Both the position numbers and the translations under genes were made by a program. Below, piece by piece: positions 35,008 through 43,856 of a DNA stretch of 64,000 bases. Origin of the DNA: Escherichia coli phage phiS. The DNA lies in the sequence record PP449093.1; one strand, given 5' to 3'. Each line of letters starts with the position of its first letter. Position 1 is the first letter of the stretch. The notes under the pieces are model-generated. The model searched no databases. It saw only the letters and a list, made by a program, of their open reading frames with translations, and was not told the origin of the DNA.

Positions 35008-37116
35008 ATGAAAATGCATATTGATAATGAAGAAGTATTTGGTAGTGACCTGAGCGGTGCGGTTGATTTTTCACTGAAAGCAAGTAGCAAGGCTTTTATG
35101 GTGCTTTCTAAGAATACCTATCAATATTGTGAGCGTGCTTGCGTCCGTGAATATTCATGTAATGCTACCGACACTCACAAAGAAGCCGGAACCTTAGACC
35201 GTCCGTTTGATATTCATTTACCGACTGCAATCGAACCGTATTTTTCTGTGCGTGATTATGGTACTGGTATTCCGTCTAAGAAAGAATTAGAACAACTGTT
35301 TACGGTTTACTTTGAATCAACAAAAGACCAGACTAATGACTATATCGGATCTTTTGGTTTAGGTGCGAAGTCTGCGTATAGCTATACCGACACCTTTACA
35401 ATCGTAAACTATTACAATGGTCGCGCTTATGGCTTTACAGCATTTGTGCAAAACTCTATGCCGAAAATGGTGCAGATTTTCGACGAACCGACCTATGAAG
35501 ACAATGGTCTGAAAATCACTATTCCGGTGAAAGAAAAAGACATTCAGACATGGCATCGAGAAGCGCAATTTGTACTGCGTCATTTTGGGGAACACAAACC
35601 TAATATCAATGCAATCGAAATTAATTATTTCCCTAGCTTTGATAATTATTATGTGTGTAATGGGCGTGATAACGATTCCTATGTAGTATATGCAATCATG
35701 GGTAAGATTCAGTATCCGATCCCGTATGAATATGTTCGCGGAACATGGTTAGAAGCTGTAAACCGCCAGCACCAGACCATTTACATTAATTTTGAGTTGG
35801 GTGATCTGGACCTGATGCCATCGCGTGAAGAAGTTCACTTGTCAATTGAGACTAAAGCGAACATCGAAAAACGTATTGCAGAAATCAATGAAATGATGTT
35901 GGAAAAGGTCAAAGAGAAGATCGCCAACATTAAAACAGAGCGTAAACTTGCGCAATTTATGAGCGAGTATTCATCGACTCAACGCAATATTATTAGCAAG
36001 ATGGGTAAGATCGGACAATGGGATGATCCGGTAGCAATCTATAATAAGTTTGTGAATGCGGGTAAAGATTCGCCTAATGACGTAGAAGGTCAGGTGTATA
36101 CTCTGTATCGTACTCGTCACACAATCAGTAAATTGCGCCCTGCTTTCGTTAGAAGTCAATACAACATTACGCATTTTGTATGGATGCATAAAGAAGATAT
36201 TCTGTGTGTAATTGATGATACCGATAAACCGAAACTGCGTGCACTGACTCTTAACGGCATGGTCCAGGAATACGGAATCAATAAAAAGGTACTTGTGTTC
36301 CGTCAGCGCAACGAAAAACATATGGAGACTTTCGAGTACATCAAACAGTATTATGATGATTCTGAAATGACCGTGATTAAAGTGTCTGAGGCCGATGATC
36401 TGCGTGCTAAAGCAGTTAAACCGGAGAAGACCGAGCGTACACAACATGAAGCGACTCCTAAGCTGCCTAACGTGTATATCATGGAAAAGATTGGTGACAG
36501 TTGGCATAAAACCAGCCATCACATGAAAGCGGCAGAGATTCGCGAGTTATCAGGCTTGCACATGTTCCGCGTAGGTGATGCATTCGAAAGCCGTAGTCGT
36601 AAATCGATCCATAGTGAAAATACATTACACACGGCGCTTGACTACTTCGGGGTAACAAAGTATATTATTACCCGTAACGAGACACAAAAATATCTCGTTG
36701 ACGAACAATTGGAATGTGCGCTAGAATTTGTTCGCGGTAAGCTGGCTGGTCTGGCTAAGAAGGTTAAGACCAATCATCTGGGGTATGGCGAATATCTGGG
36801 TGTGATCACTATGTTGTTTCATGACGATGAACTAGAACGCTGTGTTCCAGAATTTATTGACAGACTGTACGGTCGTCATTATAATAAAGAGGTTTCCAAG
36901 TTACTCCTTCGCACCCGTTGGATTATGGACGAAGAAACTAAAAAGATTTGTGATGAAAAATTCACGGCAGCAAACGAACGAATTAAAGCAGTTTGTGCGA
37001 AGTTTAAAGAGAATAGCCCGTTACTGTATGATATTGTAGATAACTGGTATCGTATTCTGCATAACGACAAACGCGCACAAGACTTTATGAAACTGGTTAA
37101 GAATGTTAAATTTTAA
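35008..37116 (+). CDS. rIIA: rIIA protein (GHKL-ATPase-like)
   Basis: 702 aa with DYGTGIP and GSFGLGAKS motifs; sits between 39 and rIIB as in T4. Confidence 0.85.
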   Translation: MKMHIDNEEVFGSDLSGAVDFSLKASSKAFMVLSKNTYQYCERACVREYSCNATDTHKEAGTLDRPFDIHLPTAIEPYFSVRDYGTGIPSKKELEQLFTVYFESTKDQTNDYIGSFGLGAKSAYSYTDTFTIVNYYNGRAYGFTAFVQNSMPKMVQIFDEPTYEDNGLKITIPVKEKDIQTWHREAQFVLRHFGEHKPNINAIEINYFPSFDNYYVCNGRDNDSYVVYAIMGKIQYPIPYEYVRGTWLEAVNRQHQTIYINFELGDLDLMPSREEVHLSIETKANIEKRIAEINEMMLEKVKEKIANIKTERKLAQFMSEYSSTQRNIISKMGKIGQWDDPVAIYNKFVNAGKDSPNDVEGQVYTLYRTRHTISKLRPAFVRSQYNITHFVWMHKEDILCVIDDTDKPKLRALTLNGMVQEYGINKKVLVFRQRNEKHMETFEYIKQYYDDSEMTVIKVSEADDLRAKAVKPEKTERTQHEATPKLPNVYIMEKIGDSWHKTSHHMKAAEIRELSGLHMFRVGDAFESRSRKSIHSENTLHTALDYFGVTKYIITRNETQKYLVDEQLECALEFVRGKLAGLAKKVKTNHLGYGEYLGVITMLFHDDELERCVPEFIDRLYGRHYNKEVSKLLLRTRWIMDEETKKICDEKFTAANERIKAVCAKFKENSPLLYDIVDNWYRILHNDKRAQDFMKLVKNVKF

Positions 37117-37127
37117 GAGGTGATATT

Positions 37128-37259
37128 ATGACTAAACTGACCGCTATCCAGAAAGAAACCATCCGTAAACAATACGCTCGCGGCTTGACTAAAGGCGAAC
37201 TGGCACGAATCTATAATGTATCAGACCGCACAATCCGCAAGGTTGTAGAAGCAAAATAA
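37128..37259 (+). CDS. Small helix-turn-helix protein (43 aa)
   Basis: My own translation; RBS GAGGTGA. GLTKGELARIYNVSDRTIRKVV is a classic HTH. Confidence 0.4.
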   Translation: MTKLTAIQKETIRKQYARGLTKGELARIYNVSDRTIRKVVEAK

Positions 37260-37321
37260 TTCTGGTATAATGATGTGAATCGGGCGGCGATAGTCGCCCA
37301 ACTAATAGAGGAATGAATACT

Positions 37322-38314
37322 ATGACTAAAGCAAAAATCACCGTCTCTGACCGTAACGTTCAATGCCTGGATTCTGCGAAACAAATCAAACTGGCTAAAC
37401 AGTGGGGCGAAGGTAAGTTTACTACCCGCGAAGCACTTGCGGCAGCATTTGGTGTATCTCGTCGTACTGCTTCCCGTGTATTACTGATTCAGAAAGACGC
37501 AGTAGCGGAAGGTCGCAAGGCACTAGAAAAACGTAAAGCACGCCGTAAAACAAGTAAAGGAAAAGGCGGTGAACGCGCAAAAAAGCCCGTGACTACTACC
37601 TCAAAAATCGTAGCCATAGCCTCAACTAAGTTTATTACTATTACATGCGGTGACATTGTTTATATTGCTGATCCATCACATGTTAACTTTAAGGAAGCAC
37701 TGGAAGCAGTTAAGCAGAATGATTTTATTAAAGCAATTACGCTGATTGACATTAAGAAAGCGGTTGAAGTATATTATCACGGCGCTTTCCGTATCGAAAA
37801 TGGTATTGTGTATTATCATAATATTGTTCTTGATAATAATCTGACTCGTCGAGTTGTTGAGTCTATTAAAGAGAATAAGCCATATACGCACTATCTGAAC
37901 TTCTTTGAGAAGTGCAAGAAAAACCCTAGCCGTAAGGCGGTAGATCGTCTGTTTGACTTCTTAGAACACAACGACATTGAGATCGGGGAAGATGGTTGTT
38001 TCTATGCATGGAAACGTGTTGATGTTGATTATAAAGATTTCTTTACGCATACGTTTGATAATAGCCCAGGGCGCACGGTTAAAATGAAGCGTAAAGACGT
38101 TGGCCCAGATGATGATCGCACTTGCTCTAATGGCCTCCACGTTGCAGCGAAACACTATATTCCACACTATGGCGGTGGACGAGGCCGAATCATTAAATGT
38201 AAAGTTGATCCGCGTCACGTTGTAAGTATCCCGAAAGATTATGCGAATGCCAAAATGCGCTGTCATCGTTACTATGTGGTTGAAGATGTAACCGAAGGTT
38301 TTAGCCATTACTAA
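37322..38314 (+). CDS. rIIB: rIIB protein
   Basis: SRKAVDRLFDFLEHNDIEIGEDGCFYAWK...TCSNGLHVAAKHYIPHYG...DPRHVVSIPKDYANAKMRCHRYYVVEDVTE matches the T4 rIIB C-terminal region as I recall it. Confidence 0.85.
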   Translation: MTKAKITVSDRNVQCLDSAKQIKLAKQWGEGKFTTREALAAAFGVSRRTASRVLLIQKDAVAEGRKALEKRKARRKTSKGKGGERAKKPVTTTSKIVAIASTKFITITCGDIVYIADPSHVNFKEALEAVKQNDFIKAITLIDIKKAVEVYYHGAFRIENGIVYYHNIVLDNNLTRRVVESIKENKPYTHYLNFFEKCKKNPSRKAVDRLFDFLEHNDIEIGEDGCFYAWKRVDVDYKDFFTHTFDNSPGRTVKMKRKDVGPDDDRTCSNGLHVAAKHYIPHYGGGRGRIIKCKVDPRHVVSIPKDYANAKMRCHRYYVVEDVTEGFSHY

Positions 38315-38328
38315 CAGAGGAATTAATT

Positions 38329-38655
38329 ATGGTTGATATGAAAGTTACTTGCGAAAGTGCACATGTTGAAGTTGAAAGTAGCCAATATTCATTGCGTCCG
38401 TCCGGTCGCGTTACTGTGACTATGGATGATGTTGATTTGGTTAATAATGTTAGTGTTGAAGATATCGTTAATGAGTATGATCATAGCGAACTGCTAGACG
38501 CAATTCCTGAACATGTTGTGATCCAGCACGTAGTAAGCAATAATGATCCATCGACTTTCATTAAAGAATATGGCGCTGATGAAATGCTCGATGAAATTGG
38601 CGAAAAGATTGTTATTGCATGGCTTGAAAACAACGGCTATACTGTAGAACAATAA
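38329..38655 (+). CDS. Hypothetical highly acidic protein (108 aa)
   Basis: About 25 percent Asp/Glu and no Cys clusters; candidate DNA-mimic-type protein. Confidence 0.5.
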   Translation: MVDMKVTCESAHVEVESSQYSLRPSGRVTVTMDDVDLVNNVSVEDIVNEYDHSELLDAIPEHVVIQHVVSNNDPSTFIKEYGADEMLDEIGEKIVIAWLENNGYTVEQ

Positions 38656-38700
38656 TCAACATAGGCCGCTTTGCGCGGCCTTTCTTAGAGGGAATACATT

Positions 38701-38994
38701 ATGACGGTCACGGTTATTACCAAATACGACGACGAAAATGTGATTTACGGTGACGTGGTTGTTGTTCACGGTCGTAGCATGAAAGTTACTGGTAATTGTA
38801 AAGATGGTGCTATTATTTGCGGTGAATTGGTGAGAACAGTCAATCCTATCACCGACGAACAAAAGCGAGTTATTATCAGAAAACTTAAAGACAGTGGATA
38901 TTGTAACGTCGTGGTGATTCAAGAAAAAATTGAAGTAGGCCAGTTATACACAAACCAGAAAACAATTCCAGTATCAATGATAAAAGGCGGTTAA
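38701..38994 (+). CDS. Hypothetical protein (97 aa)
   Basis: ORF from the track; its 3' end lies inside a 30-bp tandem duplication. Confidence 0.5.
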   Translation: MTVTVITKYDDENVIYGDVVVVHGRSMKVTGNCKDGAIICGELVRTVNPITDEQKRVIIRKLKDSGYCNVVVIQEKIEVGQLYTNQKTIPVSMIKGG

Positions 38995-39025
38995 TTTCCA
39001 GTATCAATGATAAAAGGCGGTTAAT
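38966..39025. repeat. Perfect 30-bp tandem direct duplication (two copies)
   Basis: ttccagtatcaatgataaaaggcggttaat occurs twice back to back, spanning the stop codon of the 38701 ORF. Confidence 0.85.
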
Positions 39026-39026
39026 A

Positions 39027-39389
39027 ATGCTAGGTCATTCTAAAATAGAAGATTGCTCATTCAGAGCAATGAAAGATGATTTTTCAGTCCTGTACGCGTC
39101 TATCCGAGAGTTGTTTGTAGATTTTAAGCAATTCAGAGAATACAAAGGCGTTAAGATGCGGGAGTGGGTATTCTGGCCTTTCTATATCATTACTCTGTTT
39201 TCTATGGTATTTTGTTTTGTCGGGATCACGATCGCTAGCTTTGTTACTTGCGCTTTCCTGATTATCCGGTGTATCATGTTTGCTTTGATTGCTGCCCCGT
39301 TTATTGTTTCAATCCTTCCGTTAAAATGGCTATTGGATTGGGCTGATAAATCTGATAAAGTAAAGAATGTGATTTGTAAGCGTGTATGA
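39027..39389 (+). CDS. Integral membrane protein (120 aa); possible ac counterpart by position
   Basis: Two or three hydrophobic helices (FYIITLFSMVFCFVGITIASFVTCAFLII, ALIAAPFIVSILPL); directly upstream of gene 52. Confidence 0.5.
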   Translation: MLGHSKIEDCSFRAMKDDFSVLYASIRELFVDFKQFREYKGVKMREWVFWPFYIITLFSMVFCFVGITIASFVTCAFLIIRCIMFALIAAPFIVSILPLKWLLDWADKSDKVKNVICKRV

Positions 39390-39396
39390 GGTGAAG

Positions 39397-40743
39397 ATGA
39401 ATAAATCAGTTACTTACCGTAGCCTTGAAAGCATTGTACATAATGAAGCTAAGGAATATGCGATCTATTCTGCCGAGGAACGCGGGATTCCTCAATTAGT
39501 TGATGGTCTTAAACCAGTGCAACGCTTTGTTATGGAATGTGCTTTGCAAAAGAGTAAAGGCGACCGTAAGAAATTCCGTAAGATGGCAGATATTGGATCT
39601 GGTGTTGCTGAGTTGGGTTATCACCACGGGGAAACTAATGCCGTAGAAGCCGGATCACTCATGGCGAATACATGGAGCAATAATACTCCACTGCTTGATG
39701 GTCAAGGTAACTTCGGATCGCGTTTAGTCCAGAAAGCAGGTGCGGCACGTTATATCTTTGCTCGTGTGCATGAAAACTTCTTTAAAATCTATAAAGATAT
39801 GAATTGCGCACCTAAGCACGAAGATCTGGAACACATCCCGCCAGCGTTCTACTTGCCAGTTGTTCCAATGGTATTGGCTAACGGTATTAGTGGTATTGCT
39901 ACAGGGTATAAAACTGACATTTTACCGCATTCACTGGAAAGCCTTATTGAATGCACAGAGCTAGCACTTGCCGGAAAACTGGATAAAGAACCTAGTGTTC
40001 AATTCCCGAAATTCACGGGTAAAGTTATCCCACGAGATGATCGCGATGGTGTGATTCTTGAGGGTACATATGAACTAAACGGCAAGACTAAACTGACAAT
40101 ATCAGAAGTTCCTTATAAGTTCGACCGTGAAGAATATGTAGCGGTACTGGATGCACTGGAAGAAAAAGATCTGATTGTCTCATATAATGACCGTTGCTCT
40201 AAGGACGGATTCAGATTTGAAGTAACACTGAAACGCGATTATTTCAAAAGCGAAGATGAATCCGCTCGACATGAGCAGATCATGAAGGATTTTAAACTAA
40301 CGCAGTTAGTAGCACAGAATATCGTAGTGGTTAATGAACGTGGTTTAGTCGAAGTATTCGAGAAAGCGAGCGATCTGATCCGTCGATTCGTCGAAATCCG
40401 CTTAGGCTATATAGACAAACGCATTGAATTGATGCAAGCGGAAACGCTAGAAGCATACAATTATGCAATGGCTAAAGCCGAATTTATCGACCGCGTAATT
40501 AAGGGCGAAATCGAGCTACAGGGCAAGAAAAAGGCCGAGGTAATGCAATCCATCAATGGACATGAAAAACTGCGTCCATACGCCGATAAGCTAGTTTCTA
40601 TGCCATTGTATAGCGTTACTCAAGAAGAGTATGAACGACTGGTCAAAGATGCCGATAAACATCATAGTGAATATGAGTATTGGACAAAGACGACCGCAAT
40701 GAAGGAATATAAGAAAGATCTTAAAGAACTTAAGAAGGGTTGA
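39397..40743 (+). CDS. 52: DNA topoisomerase II medium subunit gp52 (GyrA-like)
   Basis: DGLKPVQRF, GYHHGE, LLDGQGNFGSR and RYIFARV match T4 gp52 as I recall it. Confidence 0.9.
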   Translation: MNKSVTYRSLESIVHNEAKEYAIYSAEERGIPQLVDGLKPVQRFVMECALQKSKGDRKKFRKMADIGSGVAELGYHHGETNAVEAGSLMANTWSNNTPLLDGQGNFGSRLVQKAGAARYIFARVHENFFKIYKDMNCAPKHEDLEHIPPAFYLPVVPMVLANGISGIATGYKTDILPHSLESLIECTELALAGKLDKEPSVQFPKFTGKVIPRDDRDGVILEGTYELNGKTKLTISEVPYKFDREEYVAVLDALEEKDLIVSYNDRCSKDGFRFEVTLKRDYFKSEDESARHEQIMKDFKLTQLVAQNIVVVNERGLVEVFEKASDLIRRFVEIRLGYIDKRIELMQAETLEAYNYAMAKAEFIDRVIKGEIELQGKKKAEVMQSINGHEKLRPYADKLVSMPLYSVTQEEYERLVKDADKHHSEYEYWTKTTAMKEYKKDLKELKKG

Positions 40744-40949
40744 TTATGAAAGAATATCCAGAAGGCGGTTATATTGCATTTGTGTACAACAATAAAAAGA
40801 TTGTGCCAATGGTCGTTGAGACTATGGAAGAAGCCAACCGGATCACTATTGAATCTCTGAATAAGTTAGCAGAGATAACAAACACACCAGAACACAGAGC
40901 AACGATAGACTATTTGATGAAAGAATTTTTGGAGGGAAAGTATGACTGA
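40740..40949 (+). CDS. Hypothetical protein (69 aa)
   Basis: ORF from the track. Confidence 0.5.
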   Translation: MIMKEYPEGGYIAFVYNNKKIVPMVVETMEEANRITIESLNKLAEITNTPEHRATIDYLMKEFLEGKYD

Positions 40950-41337
40950 ACGACGCATTACTTCAAGTAATTTAGGCAATCATCATGCATGGATGGTTGA
41001 TCCAGACAAAAATCCTTATAAACTGTACGACACAACAATTCAACCGTGGGATACTGGCGTATGGAAAACATCACCGACAACAGCACCTATTATGACCGAT
41101 CCGAAACCGATTAGCCCGATGGCGGAACCAGTACAGATTAAGCCGTTACCATACCAGATAACGACGAATAGCATCGCCAACAAGCAAGAAAATGATATTG
41201 ATATGATCTACGAGATGATCAAACTTTGGCGTGATGTTTATCTTGGTGTTCTTTGCAACACAGATAAAAGTGCACATGCGGCAGCGGTACTTGCATCTCA
41301 TGCGGTAGACGAAGCCAAAAAGAAATTTAGTAAGTAA
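40942..41337 (+). CDS. Hypothetical protein (131 aa)
   Basis: ORF from the track. Confidence 0.5.
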   Translation: MTERRITSSNLGNHHAWMVDPDKNPYKLYDTTIQPWDTGVWKTSPTTAPIMTDPKPISPMAEPVQIKPLPYQITTNSIANKQENDIDMIYEMIKLWRDVYLGVLCNTDKSAHAAAVLASHAVDEAKKKFSK

Positions 41338-41346
41338 CTGATTATT

Positions 41347-41378
41347 AAGCCGATCCTTGTGGTCGGCTTTTTTATTTT
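41347..41378 (+). terminator. Intrinsic terminator
   Basis: aagccgatcc-ttgt-ggtcggctt followed by TTTTATTTT. Confidence 0.65.
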
Positions 41379-41387
41379 AAAAAGTTG

Positions 41388-41416
41388 TTGACTTACAGAA
41401 TCCAACATCGCATAAT
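41388..41416 (+). promoter_or_regulatory. Early promoter (TTGACT, 17 nt, CATAAT) with conserved CCCATACCAAACAAAAGGAGAATCA leader
   Basis: Leader shared with promoters at about 27639, 41921 and 42234. Confidence 0.5.
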
Positions 41417-41447
41417 ACACCCATACCAAACAAAAGGAGAATCAAAG

Positions 41448-41720
41448 ATGTGCAACGAAAACAGCAAAGTGTTGGCAATTGCAGATAAAGTAGGTTACTG
41501 GAAATGCTGGGATGATATGGAGAAATTAGGCGGTCGCTATCTCGATAACTTAGAGTTGCATTATTGCCAAGCGCGTAATGCAGAAGTTGCGGGAGTAGCA
41601 ATCGAAGATATTCCGTCTAAAGTCTTCGGATTCTCTAAAGATGATACTCTAGAGTATGTTTTTAAGGCTGTAATGGATCAAGCATGGGAAGACGCAGAGA
41701 CACGCGCTCTTGATTGGTGA
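41448..41720 (+). CDS. Hypothetical protein (90 aa)
   Basis: ATG after AAGGAGAA. Confidence 0.5.
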   Translation: MCNENSKVLAIADKVGYWKCWDDMEKLGGRYLDNLELHYCQARNAEVAGVAIEDIPSKVFGFSKDDTLEYVFKAVMDQAWEDAETRALDW

Positions 41721-41724
41721 TAAT

Positions 41725-41943
41725 ATGAACTGGTATAAAATTTGGAAAAATCAGGTGGAGGCTTATCTAGGGTATAAGCCCACCGACGAAGAATTACTCG
41801 ATGCAATGTACGAAGACGGACTAAATCCGAAAGTAGCCGCGCAAGAATACGCGGAATGGATGAAGGTCGAAAAGAACCTAGAGGCAACGAAAAATTTTCA
41901 CGAAAATAATAAAAAAGCAGTTGACGCCAAAGGTCATCGGTAG
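41725..41943 (+). CDS. Hypothetical protein (72 aa)
   Basis: ORF from the track with adjusted start. Confidence 0.45.
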   Translation: MNWYKIWKNQVEAYLGYKPTDEELLDAMYEDGLNPKVAAQEYAEWMKVEKNLEATKNFHENNKKAVDAKGHR

Positions 41944-41949
41944 TATTAT
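41921..41949 (+). promoter_or_regulatory. Early promoter (TTGACG, 17 nt, TATTAT) with CCCATACCGAAACGAA leader
   Basis: Lies inside the 3' end of the upstream ORF. Confidence 0.4.
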
Positions 41950-41983
41950 ACCCCCATACCGAAACGAAGTGGAGGAAATAAAA

Positions 41984-42226
41984 ATGGTTAAAGTTAATGT
42001 TATCGAAGTTGCACTGTACGACGCTGGAATCTTCCTGAATGAAAAAGAAGCTGCCGTCCTCGACGAACTGAAAACTGTTTTTGTTCCTGTAGTAGAAGAC
42101 GTAGAAGCAATCAAAATCGCTTCTCGTAAACTGTCCCGTGAAGCATTTGACATGATTGATCCGGTTTTCAAAGTTATGCACGAATGCGCGGTTATGATGA
42201 CCGAAGAAGAAGCGAAAAATTTCTAA
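41984..42226 (+). CDS. Hypothetical acidic protein (80 aa)
   Basis: ATG after GTGGAGGAA. Confidence 0.5.
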   Translation: MVKVNVIEVALYDAGIFLNEKEAAVLDELKTVFVPVVEDVEAIKIASRKLSREAFDMIDPVFKVMHECAVMMTEEEAKNF

Positions 42227-42233
42227 AAACCAG

Positions 42234-42262
42234 TTGACGTAAAGAAACGGGAGTAGTAAGAT
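42234..42262 (+). promoter_or_regulatory. Early promoter (TTGACG ... TAAGAT) containing hairpin gggagtagtaagatactccc
   Basis: The same 20-nt palindromic element recurs in the promoter at 42512. Confidence 0.4.
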
Positions 42263-42291
42263 ACTCCCATACCAAACGAAAGGAGAATCAC

Positions 42292-42504
42292 ATGAAATCT
42301 ATCGAGCAAGTAGTAACAGAGTTTATGAGCTACGAAGGAAACCGCATCTTTGGACGTTCTCAAGTTCGCGAGATCGTGGAAGAGGTCTCTGGAGAGTTTG
42401 CGGAATCTGGTCACGTTACCACGCAAGAACGTAAAGAAGAAGCAGTAAACCAGATCATGGCTATGCAGAAAATGCGTATTAATGCACGAGCGGGTAAAAA
42501 TTAA
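42292..42504 (+). CDS. Hypothetical protein (70 aa)
   Basis: ATG after AAGGAGAA. Confidence 0.5.
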   Translation: MKSIEQVVTEFMSYEGNRIFGRSQVREIVEEVSGEFAESGHVTTQERKEEAVNQIMAMQKMRINARAGKN

Positions 42505-42511
42505 AAAGTAG

Positions 42512-42540
42512 TTGACACCGGATTAAGGGAGTAGTAAGAT
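42512..42540 (+). promoter_or_regulatory. Early promoter (TTGACA ... TAAGAT) containing hairpin gggagtagtaagatactccc
   Basis: Duplicate of the element at 42249. Confidence 0.4.
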
Positions 42541-42573
42541 ACTCCCATCAAGAAAAACATTGAGGAATATATT

Positions 42574-43332
42574 ATGAAAAACATTATCGCTGCTATCGTT
42601 CTTTCTGCTACTGCTTTCGGTGCTAACGCTGCGTCCTTTGATTGCGCTAAAGCGACTACCAAATCAGAGAAGTTTATTTGTGCTAACGAGTCTATCTCCG
42701 CGCTGGATTCGAAACTTCATGAAGTATATGTTAAGGCTGTTAAGATTGATCCGTCTCTTAAACAAGAGCAACGCAACTGGAATAAAACTGTTCGTGATAC
42801 AATGATCAATATCGGGCAGATTCAGCCACTGGAGGCTGTATACAACGCTCAAATCCAAAACTTGATGAATGCATTACCTAAAGAAGAAACCGCGTCAGAA
42901 AGCGATTCAGAGACTTCTGTGAAGGTTGACGAAGAACAACCGAAACAGGAAGAAAAAGTGGTGGAAGAACCGAAGGTCGAAACTTTTACCTATCAATGCA
43001 CCGTTCGTTATGAGTGGAGTATGAAAGATGGAATTTCCACAAAAATTAAAGAAGCGCCACTGTATGCCAAATATGGAAATCAACCAGGAGATCTTAAAGT
43101 AACCATTAAAAATGGGAAGATGGTTGATTTTGTATACATTGATGAATACAACGTACACAAAGCAAACGTACAAGAAACCGTTATGACTAAAGGCGGGTTT
43201 TATAAGAATGTTGGCAAGAAAGATCTATATGAATACTCCGTTTTCGAACCAAACGACGGAACTATTCGATTTGAAAAACGTCATCCTACATTCGGTGGCG
43301 CAATTGATGTAGATCAATACGTTTGCAAGTAA
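42574..43332 (+). CDS. Secreted protein with DUF1311/LprI-like (lysozyme-inhibitor-type) N-terminal domain (252 aa)
   Basis: Signal peptide MKNIIAAIVLSATAFGANA, then SFDCAKATTKSEKFICANESISALDSKLHEVY, the DUF1311 signature as I recall it. Acidic linker and a C-terminal domain follow. Confidence 0.65.
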   Translation: MKNIIAAIVLSATAFGANAASFDCAKATTKSEKFICANESISALDSKLHEVYVKAVKIDPSLKQEQRNWNKTVRDTMINIGQIQPLEAVYNAQIQNLMNALPKEETASESDSETSVKVDEEQPKQEEKVVEEPKVETFTYQCTVRYEWSMKDGISTKIKEAPLYAKYGNQPGDLKVTIKNGKMVDFVYIDEYNVHKANVQETVMTKGGFYKNVGKKDLYEYSVFEPNDGTIRFEKRHPTFGGAIDVDQYVCK

Positions 43333-43343
43333 GAGGTTAAATT

Positions 43344-43631
43344 ATGCAATTCAATAACATGAAGATTACAAAAGATTGGTGGAAGGCGATGCAAGATACT
43401 CCAGAAACCAAATTAAGCGAGACAACAACCACGATACAAGTTGATTACGAAGATCCGAAAGACATATACAGGGAAATTTTAATCAGAGAGCTTATAAAAG
43501 CTGGTAATTATCAAACACCGGACGGTCTTATTGACATGATGGTTAAAGGTCTGTATAGTGGTAAAAATCCAGATGTTTTACCGTGGTACGAGGGATATTT
43601 TAAAACATATCGTGACCACAACCGAAAATAA
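43344..43631 (+). CDS. Hypothetical protein (95 aa)
   Basis: ORF from the track. Confidence 0.5.
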   Translation: MQFNNMKITKDWWKAMQDTPETKLSETTTTIQVDYEDPKDIYREILIRELIKAGNYQTPDGLIDMMVKGLYSGKNPDVLPWYEGYFKTYRDHNRK

Positions 43632-43654
43632 GTTGTTGACGTGAGGATTATATT

Positions 43655-43846
43655 ATGGTAATTTTTAATCGCGATGGTATCATAGTTCGGCAACATCCAT
43701 TCCTTGAATACTATCAGGTTGAACAATGGGGATATGGGGATTGCTCGCGATCATACGGTCAAAGCTGGGGATACCGTACAGTTTTTGAATCAACTAATAT
43801 TGACAAAGTACGACAGAAAGTTTTAGAACTTCTTAACGATAAGTGA
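43655..43846 (+). CDS. Hypothetical protein (63 aa)
   Basis: Preceded by TTGACG and a GAGGA RBS. Confidence 0.45.
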   Translation: MVIFNRDGIIVRQHPFLEYYQVEQWGYGDCSRSYGQSWGYRTVFESTNIDKVRQKVLELLNDK

Positions 43847-43856
43847 GGATTACATC

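Noticed and set aside
35971-36522. Minus-strand ORF (183 aa) inside rIIA
   Set aside because: Antisense shadow ORF within rIIA.
41678-42181. Minus-strand ORF (167 aa) spanning three plus-strand small genes and two promoters
   Set aside because: It runs against the uniform transcription direction of the early cluster and crosses intergenic promoter elements.
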